Positions 59,855-64,000 of a stretch of DNA of 64,000 nucleotides are shown piece after piece. This DNA is from a virus: positions 1 to 64,000 of IMG/VR virus record IMGVR_UViG_3300021961_000063; one strand, given 5' to 3'. Position 1 is the first letter of the stretch. Each line of letters begins with the position of its first letter. The notes under the pieces are model-generated. The model worked only from the letters and a program-made list of their open reading frames with translations, was not told the origin of the DNA and did no database searches. A program made the position numbers and the translations under genes.

Positions 59855-60421
59855 ATGTTTTACAAGTATGACAACGAGTGGCTGACCTGGAAAAAGGATT
59901 GGAAAAAACTCAAAATCTCCTTAGGAGTAGTTGGTTTACTTATCGTAGGTTCATTTGTAGGTGGACGTTACGCTAAATTTGAAGCATTAGATGATTTGGA
60001 AAAAGAAATCCTAATCCTAGATCTACAAAACGAGAGAAACCGATTCACTGAGGAAAAATTCATTGATGAGCTTAAACGATTGAATGTTAAGTATCCACAC
60101 ATTGTAATGGCTCAATCAATTTTAGAAACCGGACATTGGAAAAGTCAAGTATTTAAAGCAAATCACAATTTGTTTGGAATGAAACAAGCAAACATTCGAA
60201 TTAATACTGCTAAAGGAACTAATTTGAATCATGCTTACTATGATAATTGGCAGGAAAGTCTTTATGACTATGCTTTCTATCAGTGTCGTTATATGAGTAG
60301 TGTTCATAGTGAAGAAGATTATTTCTTAGCATTAGATGCTTCATACGCTGCTGCTGGAGGGGATTATTCAAAAGCACTTAAACAAGTAATTGAAAGAGAA
60401 AACATTAAAGCAAAATTCTAA
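59855..60421 (+). CDS. GH73-like glucosaminidase (peptidoglycan hydrolase) with N-terminal TM segment
   Basis: AQSILETG, HNLFGMK, Y..WQES..DY, YA...Y; TM ISLGVVGLLIVGSFVGG. Confidence 0.8.
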   Translation: MFYKYDNEWLTWKKDWKKLKISLGVVGLLIVGSFVGGRYAKFEALDDLEKEILILDLQNERNRFTEEKFIDELKRLNVKYPHIVMAQSILETGHWKSQVFKANHNLFGMKQANIRINTAKGTNLNHAYYDNWQESLYDYAFYQCRYMSSVHSEEDYFLALDASYAAAGGDYSKALKQVIERENIKAKF

Positions 60422-60445
60422 TAATGAAGCCATGTATGTATAGGC

Positions 60446-60595
60446 ATGGCAGCAAAAAAATCATCATCAATAAGTGCATCTTCTTCCTATAAAGAGAAGC
60501 CTAAGAAAAACAACAAGGGAGTTCACGCTAAAACAAAAACTAGCAAATCTAAAAACTCCACTAATTACAAAAAGTTATCAGTAGGCCAAGGTTAA
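60446..60595 (+). CDS. Small basic protein, 49 aa (not in ORF track)
   Basis: MAAKKSSS...GVHAKTKTSKSKNSTNYKKLSVGQG. Confidence 0.6.
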   Translation: MAAKKSSSISASSSYKEKPKKNNKGVHAKTKTSKSKNSTNYKKLSVGQG

Positions 60596-60832
60596 TATGG
60601 GAGAGACATCACGATACACTAGAAGTAGAAGACAACAGAAAAAGTTTTCTAAGAGAATTAAACAAAATAACGAAGTTTTAAATAAAGCAAAAATTTATGA
60701 GCAAAAACAGCAACATGCAACGACTAGCCCAACTGAAGATTTGGCTTGAGGACATGAAGAAAAACAACAGGTACCGCAGTCAGCAGAAGAAACAACCTAA
60801 ATGGCTTGTTCAAGTACTCAAGGATCTAGACG

Positions 60833-61009
60833 ATGAAGATTAATGGAGGGGCTTTAGAGTTTTTCCAAAGCTTACCCGACGACATACTAATAAAAATTGC
60901 TATGTATGATTGGGAAGCACTAGAACGTTTATGTGTAGCTCTTACTTTGGATATTCAAATGCTAAGAGAAGAATATGAAAAAGAAGAAAAGAGAGATTTG
61001 GCTTCCTGA
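60833..61009 (+). CDS. Small hypothetical protein, 58 aa (not in ORF track)
   Basis: MKINGGALEFFQSLPDD...RDLAS; ends inside the promoter repeat. Confidence 0.5.
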   Translation: MKINGGALEFFQSLPDDILIKIAMYDWEALERLCVALTLDIQMLREEYEKEEKRDLAS

Positions 61010-61047
61010 ATCTCTCTTCTTATATTCACGTCATAATAAAGGTTATG
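60995..61047 (+). promoter_or_regulatory. Early/host-type promoter repeat, copy 3
   Basis: GATTTGGCTTCCTGA...TATATTCACGTCATAATAAAGGTTATG; TTTG-N20-TATATT. Confidence 0.75.
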
Positions 61048-61500
61048 GCATTACACGAAGTAATAGAAAAACACGAAGTAACTATTTTAGGTCAACAGAT
61101 CAAGTATACAAATAAGTATATTACTTATACTGAGGGTACAATCCGTAGTTATAAACCAACACCAAGTCTATATAGTTGTTCAGGTCGTTTGTTCAAGTAT
61201 GATTATGAACATCAATTTGCTCCAACATTAGTTGTATTGAGTGGTCAAAAATACATTGTACCCACTTATCAAAAGGTACATAGTAAAACCGAATTAAGTG
61301 ATATTAATTGGATTAAACCTCAAGTTAAAGCACCAGTTGTTGAAAAAAATGAGTGGTTGTTCGAATCAAGTAGTGATCCAGGACATTTTTATAGAGTTAG
61401 ACAATCAGGAACAAAATATACCTGTAATTGTCCAGGAGTATGGCGCTCAAAAGATCGTCGTTGTAAGCACATCAAACAAGTAGAAAATGATAACAAGTAA
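61045..61500 (+). CDS. SWIM zinc finger protein
   Basis: SSS....Y.V......CNCPG......CKHI. Confidence 0.78.
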   Translation: MALHEVIEKHEVTILGQQIKYTNKYITYTEGTIRSYKPTPSLYSCSGRLFKYDYEHQFAPTLVVLSGQKYIVPTYQKVHSKTELSDINWIKPQVKAPVVEKNEWLFESSSDPGHFYRVRQSGTKYTCNCPGVWRSKDRRCKHIKQVENDNK

Positions 61501-61702
61501 AAAACCATCAAACAAAATCGAAATCGATTTAGAAGGCCCTCAAGGTAATGCCTTTGTATTATTGGGTATTGCTAGAGATTTGTGCCGTAAATTAGATTTA
61601 GATTGGGATTCTATTCATTCAGAAATGACAAGTAGTGATTATGAGAATTTAGTTCAAGTAATGGACCACTATTTTGGAGATTTTGTTATAATGTACCGAT
61701 AA
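61487..61702 (+). CDS. Phage hypothetical protein
   Basis: IDLEGPQGNAFVLLG...M.S.DYE.L. Confidence 0.65.
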   Translation: MITSKKPSNKIEIDLEGPQGNAFVLLGIARDLCRKLDLDWDSIHSEMTSSDYENLVQVMDHYFGDFVIMYR

Positions 61703-62118
61703 TGGCAGAACGAGGTAGACCCAAAGAAACAGCACCAGTTCAACTTGATAAGTGGACTAGAGAAATATATCAAATACCTGCTAAACCCGAGTTGGGTTGG
61801 AAAATGGTATGGCATTATGATAATAACAAAAGTGTAAATGGTCCTTTTAAAACAGAAATAACTTATCCTAAAGATCAAAAACATAATAAAGTTAAAGCCG
61901 ATAAAGGTAAAGCATACAATGGACAACCTGTAGTAATGGTATTCAAAACATCAGAACGTTCAAATGCTAAAACTAAAATGAAAGTATGGAATAATGAAAA
62001 CATTGATTATATTATTTCAGCGAAAACATTACCTGGTGTTCCTGATAATGCTATTATTATGGAATGTGGGGTAGGTGAAAGTTTTATTAATACTTGGAAA
62101 CTAAAATACTCTTTATAA
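61702..62118 (+). CDS. Hypothetical protein (N-terminal RGRP)
   Basis: 138 aa, TAATG-coupled. Confidence 0.55.
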   Translation: MAERGRPKETAPVQLDKWTREIYQIPAKPELGWKMVWHYDNNKSVNGPFKTEITYPKDQKHNKVKADKGKAYNGQPVVMVFKTSERSNAKTKMKVWNNENIDYIISAKTLPGVPDNAIIMECGVGESFINTWKLKYSL

Positions 62119-62137
62119 TATTTATAACAAAATAACT

Positions 62138-62821
62138 ATGGGAACTCGCGCATTAATCGGTTACTTAGATACCTCTGCTAAACCAATGACCTTAACCTCA
62201 ACTTACAACCATGCTGATGGTTATCCTTCAAACTTGGGCAAAGGTTTAAGAAATTTTTACAACGATGACGAAAGAGCAAAAGAAATTGCTAATGTAGGAT
62301 ATATTTCCTACTTAGATCCAGCAACGGGTGAATGGGAGGCTGCAAATAAAGAACAAGCTAGAGTTATTAGATTAGATAATGACTTTATAGAAGCCATGAT
62401 TCAAATTGCTTCTGAAATTGACTATAGGGGAGCTAATTATGGTTACATTTGGTGTCCTAGTGATGATAAATGGCATATGATTGAAAATAGAGAGGGAATA
62501 GCTGAAATGATTCCACAATTGGAAGAAGAATTCGAACATTTAAATCAATCAGAAGTAGATGAAGCTTACCATATTGGTGATAATAAAGAATTAATTCAAA
62601 AAGAAATGGAAAATAAAGAAAAAATTAAAGAAGGTGAGGACCAAGTTAGTTACTTAGCAACTGCCTTGTACGATGTTTGGAACAAAGGTTCACGCAAGGT
62701 ACCCGTAAACTTCGAAGATTTAGCTCAATCACTTGTTAATGGTATGTTTAGTGATAAAGCTGAAAATTTAGATGAAGCATTCATCAACCGAATGAAATAC
62801 AAAGCCGGTATTATTAAATAA
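62138..62821 (+). CDS. Phage hypothetical protein (late motif upstream)
   Basis: MGTR..IG...Y.H.DGYP...G; C-terminal LDEAFINRMKYKAGIIK. Confidence 0.6.
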   Translation: MGTRALIGYLDTSAKPMTLTSTYNHADGYPSNLGKGLRNFYNDDERAKEIANVGYISYLDPATGEWEAANKEQARVIRLDNDFIEAMIQIASEIDYRGANYGYIWCPSDDKWHMIENREGIAEMIPQLEEEFEHLNQSEVDEAYHIGDNKELIQKEMENKEKIKEGEDQVSYLATALYDVWNKGSRKVPVNFEDLAQSLVNGMFSDKAENLDEAFINRMKYKAGIIK

Positions 62822-62828
62822 AAACGTT

Positions 62829-63497
62829 TTGGGAAAATTTGACCTAAAAAAATACCTTGTCGAGAATAAACTTACTCGAATTTCTAGATTACTAGAAGAG
62901 GCTTTTGTATCCGCAAAAGGAGACATAGGTGGTTTAGATAATCCCCTTACAACAAACAACGCTGAGTTTGATGAGAGTTTAGATTCATTAATTGAACTTA
63001 CTCAAAAACTTACTCAAACAAAAGATTTAGCATCTACATTAAATTACTTACTTAAGTTTGGTTGGTCAATACTAGTAGATATCCAAAATGATAAACTAGA
63101 TGATGATGCTTATACTAATCTTTATGTTGAAACTGCTCAACTACTTAATAGTGGTGATTTAAGAAAAAGTATAGAAAAATTTAGAGACCATTTAACTAAG
63201 CTCGAAACACTTTATACCGGATCAGACATAGATCAGGAAATTGATCTCCCAACTCAAGATAAATGGGGATTAAGAGACTATGTTAAAGACATAAACACAG
63301 GTAATCCAAACTCAGGCAACAAACGTTTTGCTTTAAGAACAGCCCAACAAGTCCAAAGAGAATTAGATATTCTAAACGGCAAAATTGAAGGTCAAAGATA
63401 CTATCCTGGATACAGCAAAGAAGAAATTGAAGAGTTTAACAGAGCAATCCAATTAATTAAAAACGAATACTTAGCTTTATCGGCTGCTGAAAATTAA
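62829..63497 (+). CDS. Hypothetical protein, possibly an internal head protein
   Basis: TTG start; FDLKKYLVENKL leader. Confidence 0.55.
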   Translation: MGKFDLKKYLVENKLTRISRLLEEAFVSAKGDIGGLDNPLTTNNAEFDESLDSLIELTQKLTQTKDLASTLNYLLKFGWSILVDIQNDKLDDDAYTNLYVETAQLLNSGDLRKSIEKFRDHLTKLETLYTGSDIDQEIDLPTQDKWGLRDYVKDINTGNPNSGNKRFALRTAQQVQRELDILNGKIEGQRYYPGYSKEEIEEFNRAIQLIKNEYLALSAAEN

Positions 63498-63545
63498 AAA
63501 CCTACCTTGTCAAGATATCATTTGGAATTATTCTAAATGAAAGAA

Positions 63546-63571
63546 AGGAGTGGCTTTGCCACTCTTTTTTT
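63546..63571 (+). terminator. Rho-independent terminator
   Basis: GAGTGGC-TTT-GCCACTC followed by a T run. Confidence 0.75.
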
Positions 63572-63587
63572 GTATATTTATGACATA

Positions 63588-63725
63588 ATGAAAGAGCAAG
63601 ATAAATTTAGTGGTTTAAGTAAAGGTCAAGTGAAACAAATCATTCGACGTAATATGATTACTAAAGTAAAACCTAGTAAAAAGGTTTACTCTCGCAAAAA
63701 CTTAAAAAAAGATTTGGCTTCCTGA
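63588..63725 (+). CDS. Small basic protein
   Basis: Start moved downstream of the terminator and TATATTTAT motif; K/R-rich. Confidence 0.5.
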   Translation: MKEQDKFSGLSKGQVKQIIRRNMITKVKPSKKVYSRKNLKKDLAS

Positions 63726-63763
63726 GGGATTGTTCGTATATTCACGGCATAATAAAGGTTATG
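63711..63763 (+). promoter_or_regulatory. Early/host-type promoter repeat, copy 4
   Basis: GATTTGGCTTCCTGA...GTTCGTATATTCACGGCATAATAAAGGTTATG. Confidence 0.75.
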
Positions 63764-64000
63764 AAAGAAAATAAAGAAATATTCCAAGAATTGTTCAATG
63801 TGTTAGAATCAAATAACATCGATATTGAACGTGATTGTGATTTTACTGATGGTAAGTTTGTTACTATCGATTCTCCCAATGTTAGATCAGGTTGCTATAA
63901 TGGTGTTGAAGGTTTTTATTTCAACAAATCCGATTATGGTTTCTTTGATGTTGAATTTGTCAAGTCATTGTTCCCTATGAACCTTCAAGGTAAAGAAATT
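63761..64000 (+). CDS. Hypothetical protein, 3'-truncated
   Basis: MKENKEIFQELFNVLES... open to the window end. Confidence 0.6.
   Translation, partial: MKENKEIFQELFNVLESNNIDIERDCDFTDGKFVTIDSPNVRSGCYNGVEGFYFNKSDYGFFDVEFVKSLFPMNLQGKEI

Noticed and set aside
1425-62959. Short minus-strand and alternate-frame ORFs in the track (e.g. 10493-10897, 25771-26127, 46804-47248, 19628-19864, 30340-30666)
   Set aside because: They lie inside well-supported + strand genes, have no motifs and are typical shadow ORFs
1-64000. Alternative genetic code (stop codon reassignment)
   Set aside because: Standard code 11 gives full-length, tightly packed genes for all recognisable proteins

Overview
This AT-rich, densely coding window has almost all genes on the + strand. 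It comes from a large contractile-tailed (myovirus-type) dsDNA phage. The host is most likely a Bacteroidota/Flavobacteriia member, inferred from TTTG-N20-TATATT promoters and the general lack of Shine-Dalgarno sites. From left to right: (1) a glycan cluster (HldD epimerase, sulfotransferase-like protein, GT4 fused to a TibC/AAH-type heptosyltransferase, FkbM); (2) a tail module (sheath, tube, chaperone with an apparent programmed frameshift, tape measure, baseplate proteins); (3) replication/recombination genes (compact family A polymerase, SSB, RecA, 5'-3' exonuclease, DnaB, class II RNR, RadA-like); (4) one inverted LamG gene; (5) a 7-deazaguanine cluster (TGT/DpdA-like, QueC, QueD, QueE, FolE, plus HPRT, two thioredoxins and a dUTPase/dCTP deaminase-like gene) interrupted by a small virion-protein cassette and followed by a family B polymerase and clamp; (6) Hsp20, GroES and GroEL; (7) HNH, clamp loader and a PD-(D/E)XK nuclease; (8) a second glycan cluster with an apparent PAPS/sulfation module; (9) small accessory genes. 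Top leads: a possibly pre-replicative deazaguanine pathway coupled to a PolB with altered active-site motifs, a phage heptosylation/methylation/sulfation system with a mini ATP-sulfurylase candidate, a long-range two-way RNA pairing around hsp20, a structured RNA leader at 39018-39073, and a nested domain duplication in the sheath. All calls come from motif recognition by eye; no searches or folding programs were run. No tRNA, rRNA, CRISPR array, integrase or reverse transcriptase was recognised.
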